NCBI GenBank assembly: GCA_973895155.1
Contig: OZ316892.1
Location: forward strand, 28,234,307 to 28,298,306
DNA from: Marsupella aquatica
Lineage: Eukaryota > Plantae > Marchantiophyta
Length of the DNA: 64,000 nucleotides
Direction: 5' to 3'
Shown piece by piece: positions 47,231 through 60,250 of this stretch. The notes beneath the pieces were generated by a model, which ran no database searches, had not been told where the DNA came from, and saw nothing but the letters and a program-made list of their open reading frames with translations. Both the position numbers and the translations under genes were made by a program. Position 1 is the stretch's first letter, and each line of letters opens with the position of its first letter.

Positions 47231-48523
47231 TCAATATCGCACCAACTTCCATTGTAAGGCATCAAGCATAGGAAGCTCGGCATGGATCAAGCTTTTGGGC
47301 GTGATTCTGGCCGTGATTGCCATATCTGAAGCCTTAGGAATTTTATGCATCGTGTCGACTATCTTAGCCGCCACCCAGAAGGCGGTCGCCATCAACACCC
47401 TCACCCGGAGCCGATCATGAGCCTCGGGCTGCAATCTTAGTGGCCATCTGGACCTCTCAAACATCCGAAATGCTCGCCAGAAGATGTGCGACGCAATAGT
47501 CGGGCAAGCCGGATTGTCTAGGTCGAGACGGAAATGCCATTGCTGCAATTTGAGAAGCGTTCTATCCATCGCATCCTTTGGGCTACTCACTGGCACTAGG
47601 GCGGGCGACATCGACCATCGCAAGCAACGGCGACGTGCAGCGCTCACTGTACATCGCGCTACCTGAATCATATGCATAATCTGGTCGAAATCATCTCGCA
47701 CAGATGGTAGTGCAGCAGGTGCATTCTGTGTAAAATCTTGCTGAATCCCTACCTCTAGCCGCAAACGCTTTGGGCTCACTCTAGGCGACCGATAATCTTC
47801 GAGCTCCTTCGCATTGCCTGGCACGTCACTCAAAGTTGGTTTCCTGATGCACTGGAGGGGCGTTCGCTGACACGAGGATGAACTTGCGACAGAGAGCACC
47901 GGCGTACGTGGAAGCTGCAGCCCATCATTTTGCCCAAAGGCATCGACATAAATTCGCCTTCCGCACACGGTTCTTTCAATTGAAGTGGAGAGCATGTCTT
48001 TCAAAACGCCTCCAGCTGGTCCAGAAGCCGTTCGAACCAATGCTGCAAACGTTGAAGTCACCTCATCCTCGCTTTCGAAGTGCTCGGGCATTGAATTCTG
48101 AACTGCTCGCAACGAGGATTCATCAGTCCGAATCATGACCGTGACATTTCTTGATTTGGGCAGTACTGTGGCTGTGAAGCCGTGATCTCCGTCGGACTTG
48201 TATTCCCAGCTATCGAAATCGGTCTTGTCATAGTCAGAAACGTTGAGAGCTTGTCCCGCACCGAATGGGATCATCTCAAACAGTAGACCTTCTGACTTGG
48301 GAGGAGGCTGGTATGTAGGTCCAAGATTGTCGAAAAACGACGGGAAGAAGGGGATCGTTTCGCTTCTGTTAGCATTCAATCCAGGCGTGAGGTCGGTGTC
48401 GGCATCGCCACAAACGAGCCTTGCTCCGTTCAGCTTCCTCTCTTCATCGAGTGACTCGGTGTCGTACTTAATAGGGACTTGTGAGGACGCAGCTGACTGA
48501 GGCATCCCTGCAGGGTCGTTCAT
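47231..48523 (-). CDS. Intronless atypical cyclin-like protein with a C-terminal cyclin-box fragment
   Basis: 430-aa ORF ending LMATAFWVAAKIVD...LIHAELPMLDALQWKL, resembling cyclin N-domain helices 3-5. Confidence 0.65.
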   Translation of the reverse strand: MNDPAGMPQSAASSQVPIKYDTESLDEERKLNGARLVCGDADTDLTPGLNANRSETIPFFPSFFDNLGPTYQPPPKSEGLLFEMIPFGAGQALNVSDYDKTDFDSWEYKSDGDHGFTATVLPKSRNVTVMIRTDESSLRAVQNSMPEHFESEDEVTSTFAALVRTASGPAGGVLKDMLSTSIERTVCGRRIYVDAFGQNDGLQLPRTPVLSVASSSSCQRTPLQCIRKPTLSDVPGNAKELEDYRSPRVSPKRLRLEVGIQQDFTQNAPAALPSVRDDFDQIMHMIQVARCTVSAARRRCLRWSMSPALVPVSSPKDAMDRTLLKLQQWHFRLDLDNPACPTIASHIFWRAFRMFERSRWPLRLQPEAHDRLRVRVLMATAFWVAAKIVDTMHKIPKASDMAITARITPKSLIHAELPMLDALQWKLVRY

Positions 48524-48589
48524 CCTTCGATTCCCAGTTCTCCACGGATCGATATACTAGACGCCTGAGCACTGTGCACCACTACTGAG

Positions 48590-49155
48590 CTGAGATGATC
48601 GATCGACTCAGCTATTCTGTGACCGCAAAGCTTGTAGGAGGATGGTCCATCGACTGTTTGTCCTTTCGACTGTCTTCTGGACTCAGAGACTTCAATGCAC
48701 TGAAACAAACTAAAATATAATCATTCGCAGTGAGTGGAACAACTTGACGCAATGATCGATCGATCTAGAATCGATTGATTCAGCTATTCTTTAAGCGCAA
48801 AGCTTGTAGGAGGATAGTCCATCGGCTGTATTCTGGACTCACAGACTTCAACTGACTGAAATAAACTAAAATCTAATCATACGCAGTGAGTGGAACATCT
48901 TGACGCGACAATCAATCGATCGAGCATCGATTGATTCAGCTATTCTTTGACCGCAATCGATTGTATTCTGGACTCACAGCCTTCAACCCACTGAAAAAAT
49001 AAAAAATCTAATCATCCACACCGAGTGGAACAGCGTAACGTGATGATCGATCGATCTAGCATCGATTGATTCAGCTATTCTTTGACCGCAAAAGCTTGTA
49101 GGAGTGTGGTCGATCGACTCTCAGTCCTCTCGATTGTGTTCTGGACGATCGATCT
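48590..49155. repeat. GATC-rich tandem repeat (about 4 units, ~130-160 bp) at the 5' side of the cyclin-like gene
   Basis: GATCGATCGA...GATTCAGCTATTCT...CTGGACTCA(C/G)AG...GAGTGGAACA recurs. Confidence 0.85.
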
Positions 49156-49424
49156 CTGAGATGGGAACAATAATGATTCAAGAGCGACACAGTCTCCCGA
49201 GATAACCATGCTCGCACCGAGAGACGTTTCTTTCAGCGGGCGAATCTAGCTACTGCGGACCCAAATTGGGAGCTGATAGTAAAATTAGAAATTCATATTG
49301 AAGCCGGATTCGAATTCTAGCGATTCAAGTCGTTGAATCTAGCAATTCGAGTCGTTTCGATGATGAATTTCGACGTTCAAGCCGACCTCCATTTCAAAAT
49401 TCACTTGCCTCAACCGGCAACGCC

Positions 49425-50420
49425 CATGAGCTATACACAAGATTTTGGACGAGGTTTCCTTTCGAAACTTACTACAGTAGAGTTTTCCCTAGAGTGACAG
49501 AAGGCTCCGGTTAAGGGTGAGTTAATTAAGGTTTTGACCCAAGATCAATTGATGGCTCCGTTTGCAAATGAGAACAAAAATAAAATCAATATGATATTAG
49601 ACATAAGGGTCAGGCTAAAAAATTTGTTGACCGAGGTTGGTTCGAGCAAGGGAATAATGACCCAGGCTGTGTGTCCTATGCACCATCGAGAAAAGGTTCA
49701 ATACAAGCGGTTTCAAGCTGTACTCTGCTTCAATCTCAGGGTTAACGCAAGCTGCCCCCCAATCATCGCATGGACCTCACGAACCCATGAATAAAATGTA
49801 ATATAAAATGAATGTTTACTGGTTTTTCATTCTGCTGATTCTCGGGCTGTTGCCTGAGATAATCCATGTGTGTCCGGCTCGTATTTTGCCCCCAGCAAAC
49901 TGCTTTGGTTGAAAAACTGATTATGCTTTTTAACCTTTTGCAAGACTTGTTTTTTCCCATTATTATTTGCCACATTTTGTCCCAAATGGAATGGTTACAA
50001 ATGCCCGTAGTTAGTTGTAACAGAATTCATGAACATATTTTGGACGAGGGTTCCTTTTGAAACTTACTATTGTAGAGTTTTCCCTAGAGTGATAGAAGGC
50101 TCCGGTTCAGGGTGAGTTAAGGTTCTGACCCAACATCAATTCCTGGAACATGAGTACACAAGATTTTGGATGAGGGTTCCTTTTGAAACTTACTATAGTA
50201 GAATATTCCCTAGAGTGCTAGAAGGCTCCGGTTCAGGGTGAGTTAAGGTTCTGACCCAAGATCAATTCCTGGGACATGAGCTACACAAGATATTGGACGA
50301 GGTTCCTTTCAAGACTTACCATAGTAGAGTTTTCCCTAGATTGATTGAAGGCTCTGGTTCAGGGTGAGTTAAGGTTCTGACCCAACATCAATTCCCAGGA
50401 CATGAGCTACACAAGATTCT
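49425..50420. repeat. ~125-bp repeat; 3-4 tandem copies at 50030-50420 plus one at ~49425
   Basis: CATGAG..ACACAAGATTTTGGACGAGG..CCTTTTGAAACTTACTA..GTAGAGTTTTCCCTAGAGTG..AGAAGGCTCCGGTT recurs. Confidence 0.85.
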
Positions 50421-51323
50421 GGACTCAAGGTGTTTGGGCTTAACTCACCACATCTTTCTGAGTTTCACTTTCTACATTTTACATGTAACTCTGTTCAGCC
50501 ACTTATTGGTTACTTTGTCATGCACCACCAAATTGGCACAGAAAGTGACGATGTCTAGCATTGCCATCTTTAATTAAGAATTGACAGAGCTATGATTTTC
50601 CAAAGATTACCCCATCACTAGGTAATTTGAAAGTTAAGCCCCGATGGGTAGAGGAGTTTGTTTTGTCATCCCTATGGTCTTTGACATATGCTCCTTCACT
50701 TTACACCCAAACCCACAGTGTAGGTCTTCTTTGGAAGGACACTTCACTTTTGAGAAGGACTTCCTGAGTAGTTTTTCTAGGTGTCCCGGCCAACAGTAAA
50801 ATCCTGGTTTTGTGTATTTGTGTGCAATTATTTGGACAACTTTTGTACCTCAATTTAAACTAAAAATTTCCTTGCATGTTCTCTGATGTCCAATCTATTA
50901 TCTAACAAAATCTATTATCTAACAAAGTTTCAGATTCCTAGTGCAAAAATGGGCAAATATTGTAGCTACGAGCCAATGGATGCTTCATTTTTGTGAAGGA
51001 TGTCCCCAGTAGTTTAGGCAGGAGCACCAACTTATCATTATGAGGAAAGACATTTCATTTTTGTGAAGGACCCTATGAGTAGCTTGTGCGTGAGACATGA
51101 CTTACCACCACATAAACAAATGAAAACCAGCTACAAATGGCAAGGAGCCCAATTACAGGTCACATTTTAGTCACAATTGTAAAGAGTGTTATCTGAGTTT
51201 TTTTAATTTTCTGAGCCAGTCCATCTCAGCTTTGAAAATCTATTGGGGCTTCACACCAAAAGCTTGGGTCCATCCAGGCTTTGCTGTCTAGTCATTTTGA
51301 TCACTTTTGGGGGCTTCACAGTT

Positions 51324-51650
51324 TAGTCAGTTTGAGCACTTTGGGGCGAAAATTAAAAAAGGGATAAAAAGAGTACTAGTCTGAACTCTTCATTCCCGAA
51401 CTGCGAGTATAAATCACCAATTCGTATCACAGGAGCAAACGCCCGGAAGATGAATCCTATCCAAGAAATCCCCTCATTTCCCAGGTTTGTGCCTCCTGTC
51501 TAGTCATTTTGAGCACTTTGGGGCGAAAATTAAAAAAGGGCTAAAAAGAGTACTAGTCTGAACTCGTACTCCCGAACTGCGAGTATAGATCACCAATTCG
51601 TATCATAGGAGCAGATGCCCGGATGATGCATCCTATCCTAGAGATCCCCT
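51324..51650. repeat. Direct duplication, ~177-bp period, upstream of the IST1-like gene
   Basis: TTTGAGCACTTTGGGGCGAAAATTAAAAAAGGG..GAGTACTAGTCTGAACTC occurs twice. Confidence 0.85.
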
Positions 51651-52449
51651 TGTCTCCGTCGTCTCCGAACAGAAACGAGAGCGGAAATGAAGGAATCTGT
51701 TCGTTTGAAAAACTGTGGAGTGGAGTTCCGAAATCCGGACAGAGATGTCGCTAAAAAGACGTTGAAAAAGAAAGAGAGCCCAACGCCAACGAAGAAAGCA
51801 AAGCCACGGTCGATTTTTCTCCTAGCTCGACTGCATTCCCCAGCTCTGCTCTGTGTCGCATTTGATTGCGTTTCGTTGGGTTGTGTTGCATCGGATTGGG
51901 TTCGCTGGGTTGGAATGAAAGGAAGACACTAATTCCGAATTAAGGGAGGCAGTAATCTGAAGACTGTACTGTCTCTGCATTGCATTGGGTTGCGTTGCAT
52001 TGGACTACAAATCCAATTGCGTTGCGTTGGATTGTGTCGCAGAGTTGATGAAGAGAGAAACCAACGAAGAAAGGAAGGAAGCTCTTCTAAAGACTCCGAC
52101 GATATCCTCATAGCTCACATTGCACTGTCCTGCTCTGCTCTGCATTGCGTTGAGTTGCATTGGATTGAGTTGCATTGGACTGCGTTGCATTGGATTGAGT
52201 TGCAGGTGCAGACCATCAAGCTGCTTCGCGAGAGAGGGAGGGAGGCCGGGCTCTTGTTTCCAGCTGAGACGGTTTAGAAGAAGAAGAGGCATTCAGACTT
52301 TAGGTGGAGGCAGCTGAGAGTCTGCGAAGGCGATTGAAGGAGGTCGCGTTGCAGAGCATACAGCTGGGAGGCAGGTGCTCATTTCAAACTCAGACGGTGG
52401 CGAAGACGACTGAGAAGAAGAGGAAGGGAAGTTACAGACGAACAGCTCA

Positions 52450-55400
52450 ATGTTTGGAATTGGCAAATTCAAGACAGCAAAATGGTGAGCGCAGCAGAAT
52501 TGCTTTTCTTCCCAGCTCTTGTTTCCCATCCTGGTCATTCAGGCGGCTGACCGTTTGCTCCTTTCTGAATGAAAAACGTGGCTAGCGCAGTTGTCTAGGA
52601 CCTTTGGGTTAGGATGGCTGTTGAAAATTTATTGTGCCGACCTTTTCTCTGGCATCGGAGTTTGCCTATGGAGTTGTTGGGCCGGAGGGGTCTCCGTTTG
52701 TCTTTGTAGAAGAAAGCATTCCGGGCTGTTCAATGCACTGCCTTTGCCGGGTAGTTGGCCTGATGACGTTGCAAGTCGGTGGAGTTACATTCTCAGGCAA
52801 CTGTATGTCGTTATTTGTCTAGTGAATTTCTGGCGGGCTTCCAAAGATCCTCACAGAGTCCTGTGCCTTTCTGGGAAATGAAGACACTCTAGACCGTCAT
52901 TAAGGAAATGGGTTTATGGGATGTAATTAATTTCCTGGTAGGTTATGACAAAGACAGAAAATATGGAATCAAGAAGTTCACCTCCAGAGAAAAAAGGAAT
53001 GACTCGTGCACTGGTCTTGGGCAACGAAGGCCTAATTTGAATGTGATTGACGAGCAGCAAGACTCTTCTGAGATTGGCCATGGCGAGGATAAAGCTGTTG
53101 AGAAACAAACGGGACGTGGTGGTCAATCAAATGCGGAAAGACATTGCACAGCTTCTGTCTACCGGCCAGGACCCCAGCGCTCGCATCCGTGTACGTCCCT
53201 TAACACCAATCCAGCCTTTAAAGTTCAGTTTTTTATTCAGCTACCGTGGTGCGTGGAGAACTTTCTCGCCATTAGGACAATTTCCTCAAGACAGACAGAG
53301 TAAAAGTCTCTCTTATTCTTACACTTAGCTGGTTACCATTTTCTTACCCCTAACCAAAGGTAGTTGTTTCTTGCCTTGTTGTCCCTTGCTCCAATTTGGG
53401 TTTACATGTAATAACGCAATCCAATTGTCCATCTTTCTAAGAGTGACTTACCGAGGCTCTTCAACTACAATTTCTGGGCTGAGGATGTCTCTTTTGCCTT
53501 AGACTACTTCAAAGTGCAACTTACCGCCATTGTTTCACTTTGCATTTGCAATTCTGGCGCTCGTTCTTCTATTGTACCTTCTTACATGTTTAATTTATGC
53601 TGATTTCGCTTGAGCTCCGAGAATTTCTCACAGGTAGAGCACATTGCCAGAGAGCAAAATATCATGTCTGCGTATGACATGATCGAACTGTTTTGTGAGC
53701 TCATTATAGTGCGACTTCCTATCATTGAGTCAAACAAGTGAGTAAAATCTCTGCATATGCAGGAAAACTTCTGTTATATCGCAGTTAATATGGATTATAA
53801 ATGTGGATGACTTCCCCAGCTACCGAGTCCACTATCCGTATGATCATCTTACCATAAATTGAATTTTCACTTCAAACCGCAGCTCCTGCAGTTTGCCTTT
53901 GAACAGTGAAGCTGTGCATTTATCTCTACTAGTACCTGGGCTCTTATCCGAATCTTGCTGTTTCTTAATGTACGGATAGAGTGTGCCCCATGGACTTAAA
54001 AGAAGCTATCTCGACAATCATCTTTGCGTCACCAAGGTGTTCGGACTTGCCCGAGTTGCTTCAAATTAGAAGTGTTTTCTCTAGCAAATACGGAAAGGAG
54101 TTTGTGGCAGCTGCACTAGAACTACGCCCTGAGTGTGGTGTTAATCGGCGGGTATGTAGTTCTTACCTCTAAATCTGTGCTATTGTGATACTGTTTACAT
54201 TCAGAATTTGGCTGACTCGATTGTCAAATAGAGAATCCGGAATATTTGATGCAGCAGCCGTTGATAAGAAATTTTGCAGCTGTTACAACGGTGTAAAAGA
54301 AATCGTGGAAATTGACATTGTTTGTAGTTGTGTGCGTGAATGGCAGGTCGTTGAGAAGTTGTCTGTTAGAGCACCATCAGGGGAGACGAAATTGAAGCTT
54401 CTGATGGAGATAGCTACAGAGCACCATGTGAACTGGGATCACCAGGCCACATTAGAAGAGCTTCTCAAAAAGCCGGAAGACTTGCTTGTAAGTTTGCTAG
54501 GGCATTATAATGATATTCATTATCCGGTCCTGAACATATTGAGTCCTCGATTTGTCGTCTACAGAAACTCGTTTGCAGGAGATATCCCGACAGCAGGCTT
54601 CAATCATGGTTCGTTTTAGAACATTATTATTACCACAGACCAGAGCGATAATGAATCATTCCAGAGTTCACTGGCTAAACGGGCATGGAACACAGTAAAT
54701 TATCAAGATAAAAGACCTGGCCATTGGATTTTGTCTGTAAGGTGAAGAAAATGAATCAAAAGGTATTCTAAAAACCTTGCCACATAGAAAGGGGAAATTG
54801 GACAAAGAGTGGTGTCAGTGGCAGAATCAACGAAAGAAGAAAATGAATTTTGATGGAGAAATGAAACAGATCTCTTCTTAATCGTCCAAACAAGACTGCT
54901 GTGATACCGAACTGAATTGATTTGAAGTCTATAGATTTCCAAAGGGACCAAGACGAGAGACAGTATTGGTGACAAAGTTCATGAATCCCAAATGGAAGCA
55001 GATAAATGACGGACTTCGTTTCAGTGCTGGATTCTCTAGGATTAAGAGTCTGGAGAGCTGATGTGGGATTGCTTTGTTTTTTGCATCAACAGGATGGACC
55101 CAAGAAGTTTTTTGGAGCAAGCATTCCAGAACCTCTACCTTCTCCACCAAAACCAGACCAGGCGCAGTCCTCTGTTTCTGATTCCCGAAGGGCCGCAGTC
55201 CCTCCTCCTGTTCGTTCAGCCCCTTCAGCAGTTCGGCGACCCGCTCAACTATCATCCTCACCACCACCCCAAAAGCTCGGATGTCCTTCCAAAGCAAGCC
55301 GCAACGATACACCAAAATTCGACTCATCTCCAGTCAATTCGCCACGACGCCACGACCACCACGTCAGAGCCAGACAGACCACTCAAGAAGCTGCTACTCC

Positions 55401-55737
55401 TTACGATAACGTTGCTGCAGCAGCCCAAGCAGCTGCTCAGTCAGCTGACCGTGCAGTGGCAGCAGCTCGATTAGCTGCCCAGCTCGCAAAAACGCAACCC
55501 TTCAACAAAAGACAACAGCCACCTCCGTCTAGAACTGTGAGTCAGGGGAGTAGACGACACCAATCGTCTTCATCATCAGACGATGAGGATGATGATGATG
55601 ATTCAAGATCAAGCAGCAGGAGTACCCGTGAGTCCATGAGACGCCAACAACAACAACAACAGGGAAGAGGTGCCGGCAATGTTTATGTGACAAGCGACTC
55701 CTACTACCGCAATAGTAGCAGCACTGTCCACCGCTGA
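52450..55737 (+). CDS. IST1-like protein (regulator of Vps4 activity, ESCRT-III associated), 6 exons
   Basis: Exons ~52450-52484, 53058-53190, 53634-53737, 53980-54151, 54347-54487 and 55093-55737; KCKTLLRLAMARIKLLRNK, ARIRVEH, LKEAISTIIFASPRCSDLPEL and KYGKEF. Confidence 0.88.
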
Positions 55738-57852
55738 TGGGTTGGATCATCACAAGGGACATAGTGTGAATCTTATGAAGCATAGATTGGTTTTCATATT
55801 TCCTTTTCATACTTGCAATTCTGCACACTTGTAAAGTATTTCGAGGGCTGGTGTCTCTGACGTGGAGTAGACTTTTTGATTTCTTGTTTGAGTGTACTGA
55901 TCCGGTTCATTGAGAGCTTGAACACTGAACCGCTAATTAGTAGGATTGGACTTGGTGGAGCTGGTGGGGCTTCACTGTGTAGAATGTTTTGATCTGAACG
56001 ATTGGTGGACGTTCAGATCAGAATTCTTATTTCCTGCATTCATGTAATATATATCTCTCTGGAGGTTGGTCTCCCCAGGTGGAGGGGAGTTAATTAGTGT
56101 CCACACAGTCAATGCAACGCACTGTATTGTAAGCTCTCCATGTTATCTTTTGTCTACAGTTCGCATTCAGCACAGCATGGACATTTGACACTGAAAAGGT
56201 ATGGACATGCTGAGCTGATCCACTCCAGTTGTCTGCAATTTGCATGTAGGAAAGAAATTATTATTTGCCTCGAAGAGGATTCGGACCTCCATTCACCACT
56301 TATACACCGTACCAGTGGGACAATACAGCTTCTTGGAAATCCAAACACTTGCATCTGAAGTAAGCGATAGGAAAGATGGATAGCATCTTCAGCTGGGAGG
56401 CGGATGCATGAACATTGTTTTTTCTCAGGAGTTCACAACCTCCAGTGCCAAAACTGTGCCTGAGGATTTCTGTCCTCCCTTCAAAATATTCTCCACATGG
56501 GCAGTCAAGGCCAAGGGACATGGTTTCTAATGGCTGCAGCTACTTGTTGTCAAGGTTTACATCATGCATAATAGCATCTGACTGGACCACCAGAAAAGAC
56601 CGACACAGCAATCCGTCTCGATCGATTTTCTGCGGTTCCAGCGGCAATACTGATTTAAATTTCGACCAAATACAGGCTTGCCAAACAAAGCTAAGTTTCT
56701 CCAAAGCTAGTAGGGACGTTTGATGTAGACAACCTTGAGCCACGTACCGAGGGTATTACCATCATCGCTGGACTATTTTCGGATCGATCGAAGGCAATCT
56801 CCAAATTTAATGCCCGGATTGTGTATAACATATCCCACCAATAAACTAAATAGAAGAGAATGATCGAGATCGACAATTTTTTGTTTCCTGTTCTGTTTGG
56901 CGTCTGTTGTGACCTTCTGGCGTCTGGCCAATCTCATTCTCATCTAAGATAATTACCTTACTGGAGAGACAAAACAAGCTACATAAACATTGAAACACTC
57001 AGACATGAGTCTAAACAATCGAGAAGATCATCAAGACGAAAGAGATCATACAAAAGTAAAGTACATCATGATAGCATCTGAATGGACGATCACTTGAACA
57101 AACTTGGCACAACGTACGACCGGTCTTATTTCTGTGGTTCCAAAGGCGACAGACACTAAGCACTTTAACCAAAGAAGCGAACAATAAACTTGCAGCATGG
57201 TTGAGGAGCTATATACTAGACCGGCATCATACCAGACATGCCCAACCTAGGAATTCATGATGGTCCATCGAGAGGTCTTAACAGCACTGGACAGAGGTTG
57301 ACTGTGGTAGTGCCTTCCGAGAAATAAAGAATGATAAATTAACAGCTGAGGCAGCTTGGGATCAAAGTGTGCTTCGAAGTACGTTTGCAATGTTTAATCA
57401 CGGGCCGAAATATTCAATCCAATCTAGTTTAATTCATGGATCTAGGATGACGGTCGGACGACAGGTTTGTCTTAATTAAGACTCCATTTCCACTAGCTCC
57501 TCCAGTCTGTAGGTAAAGTTCACCCGAACATCCATAATTAATACTGTGGATAGAAACGTATGCCCTCCACTATAAACGTGTCTAGATCTTCGCTCTGCTC
57601 AGAGAGTTGAGTTCCAACTCGTCTGTAGGGCTTGACTCCGATGGAATAGAATTCCTGACCCAGCATACTTCTCGGAGGAAGTTGCGCGATGATGTTTAGA
57701 ACTAGTGCCAAATTACAAACCATCCTTTTACGCGATCTCAGTTCGAATTCTCGGAATATCTTGTTTCAAAGATTCTAATTACAGAATGGGCTCAAAACCA
57801 TTCTTCCTACTATGAAAGCATCGACACGTAATGCAGGACTCGTAACCTGGAA

Positions 57853-60250
57853 CTAAGGTGCAACTAAACTTCCATAATAAAGTGAAAACGAGGATACGTT
57901 CATAGATCTAAACCGTTCTAAGCATTCTCTCTCCACAGCAAGATCGATTCCCGAATTATCACTATTGAGAAGTTTTTCGCAAAACAAGAATGTCATGGAG
58001 TATAACTCCTGCCCCAACAAATCTCCTGGATGAACTTTCTCGATTATACCCAGCAGTTTTACCGCAGAATAAAGAGTCCGGTGCACGGTCAGTGGCACCC
58101 CAGATCGAGTTTTTATTATTGGAACATCTTGATTTAAACTCCTTATATACTGAAAGGGATCAAAACCTCCGATAAAAAGTCTAACATCGCAGAGCGAAAA
58201 CATTGCTAGGAAACCATGAATGAAAGATGCCTCGATCCAGCCTTTCCGCAGCATGTCTTTCTTCGACATATGACCCTCCTGACGCTTAGAAGCCCGCTCG
58301 GTACTTTCGGTGTGCGGACGAGGCTGAAGAAGATCCAATTCTGATCGTACGTAAGCGGTGACTGAAATTGCCAAGTCCGCCAGAGCGTTAAGTAGCCTGT
58401 TGTAATTTCTAGTGACTGTACACCCGGTCGTCCGCTCGGTCTGCAGCTGTACTCTCAGTTGTATGATTTGCATCTGAATTTCGTTGTAGGGAGTTCCAAG
58501 CGATCGCTCGAATGTGCATCGACAACACTCACACCTGAAATCTCCGGAACATACAACAATTCATTAATTGCTCTACGACAGCGCGCCATTCACTACTCCC
58601 CTACTCGCTCTACGTGTGCAAATCGTCCACGTTGGGTAGTCATACCTGAAGCCGAACGTTTGACAGTGCTCGTCACGGACAGCAAGAGGCGTAAATATGT
58701 CGAAGTAGGGAACAGTGAGCTCTTCTCCAGCTGCAATGTCCTTGGCAGCGCGAATGAACATCGCCTGCCCTACTCGCACTCGATGGCAGTTGGGCGCACA
58801 TGAGTGTTTGATGCGGGACACTAGGAACCATAATCCCCACCACTCGAGAGTTTCCATCTGCCGCGGTTCGTCGTCGGTTAAGCACGTCATTGTGCCGCAG
58901 ATTGCATCCTTGGCAACAATGTCGCCAGCAGTGTCCTTCAGGAGCAGGGCCAGGACATCAGGTTTCCTTCCGTGTGAAGAACTCGCCTCAGATTTCAAGT
59001 CACGCCATGGCAAGGATTTGCTCATGCGGTCGTTGGCAACACGTGAAGTAGGGTTCGTAACCTGAAACAACACTCGGAAGAATAATTAGCTCGAAAAGTG
59101 TCGAACCACTTGTCTGTAATTGGTTCCTCGACATTCGTACGCGCAGCGAGATCGAGACCAGCAGGTCAACTATAACAAAAGTGAATTTGCGGAGCCCTGT
59201 CGACGACATAATTAATTACGGTAACAGGGATTGTGAGTATTACGTACAGATTCGAGGTCGGCTCCATCGCTCAGAAGATCTACAAACTTGTTGGTCAGGT
59301 CCTCTTGTACTCTCGGAGGAATTCGAGGACGTAGCGGCGGGCGATCTTCCTTCGAAGCACGGACGAATAAATCTTCTCGCTCGGAAGGGTGTGCGAGGCA
59401 GGAAGCGACTTCCTTGTCGACAATTAGAAGATCACCGGGCGCGGCAGGATATTTCAAGAGTATCCCGGAACCTGCCTTCTCCATCGACTCCTGGACGCGG
59501 AAGCAACGATGAACCTCTTTGAACTCGTACCTCGATGTTGCCTCCAATTCACCAGATGCATAGAATGTCACGAGACAGGCCTCGTTCTCAGCTAATATGT
59601 CGGCAACTATATCACTAGTCACATTCGACCCCACACTCGACATCACTGATCGATAAGGATTCCGAACGTCCGAGAGAGGATCTAAGTGCACAATAGTTTT
59701 CTGAGAATTGACGGGCCGACTCAGAACTAAGCTGCTCACAATCTCTCACGGCCAACTCAAGAGATACTGATCGACGACTTACGACGGGTAGGACGCTAGT
59801 GCTGTTCAAAGCGGAAAACAGCACTAGCTCCTCCCTGCTGTTCAGTCACAATGTGCGCTTGCAGAGCTGAGCCCGCCCCATGAACATTTCAGTTTCAAAA
59901 GTCACGCCCTCCACATTGCGTCCCCCGTGTATGTTAAATAAGAGATTTCCGCCCTGTGTTGAATGATACTCATCGAAGTGGTTGCTCTCTATCCTGCTAA
60001 GAATCTTCGACGAGTAGTTACCGATACTAACATTCTCTCTGAGCATGATGATCGATCACTTTTTCTTTTAATGATCAAGGGTGCAACGGACAGCGTCGAA
60101 ATCATGCGTCGATCGACTAATGCCAACGATGCTTCAACGTATTTCATAAATTCAACCGCAACGCCAATATCGCAACGTTACTGCCTTGAGTTGACGAAGC
60201 TTACTGTACGTTGAGTCTCGAACCCAAATCCTGCTGTATCTTCATTCCAT
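57853..60250 (-). pseudogene. Frameshifted intronless SET-domain (TPR-SET-like) methyltransferase gene; 5' limit approximate
   Basis: SRIKHSCAPNC..MFIRAAKDIAAGEELTVPYFD SET motifs and PGDLLIVDK N-SET; the reading frame is split over at least 4 ORFs. Confidence 0.65.

Noticed and set aside
51830-52210. Cys/Leu/His-rich ORFs
   Set aside because: Degenerate TTGCA/TTGGA pentamer microsatellite in the 5' region of the IST1-like gene.
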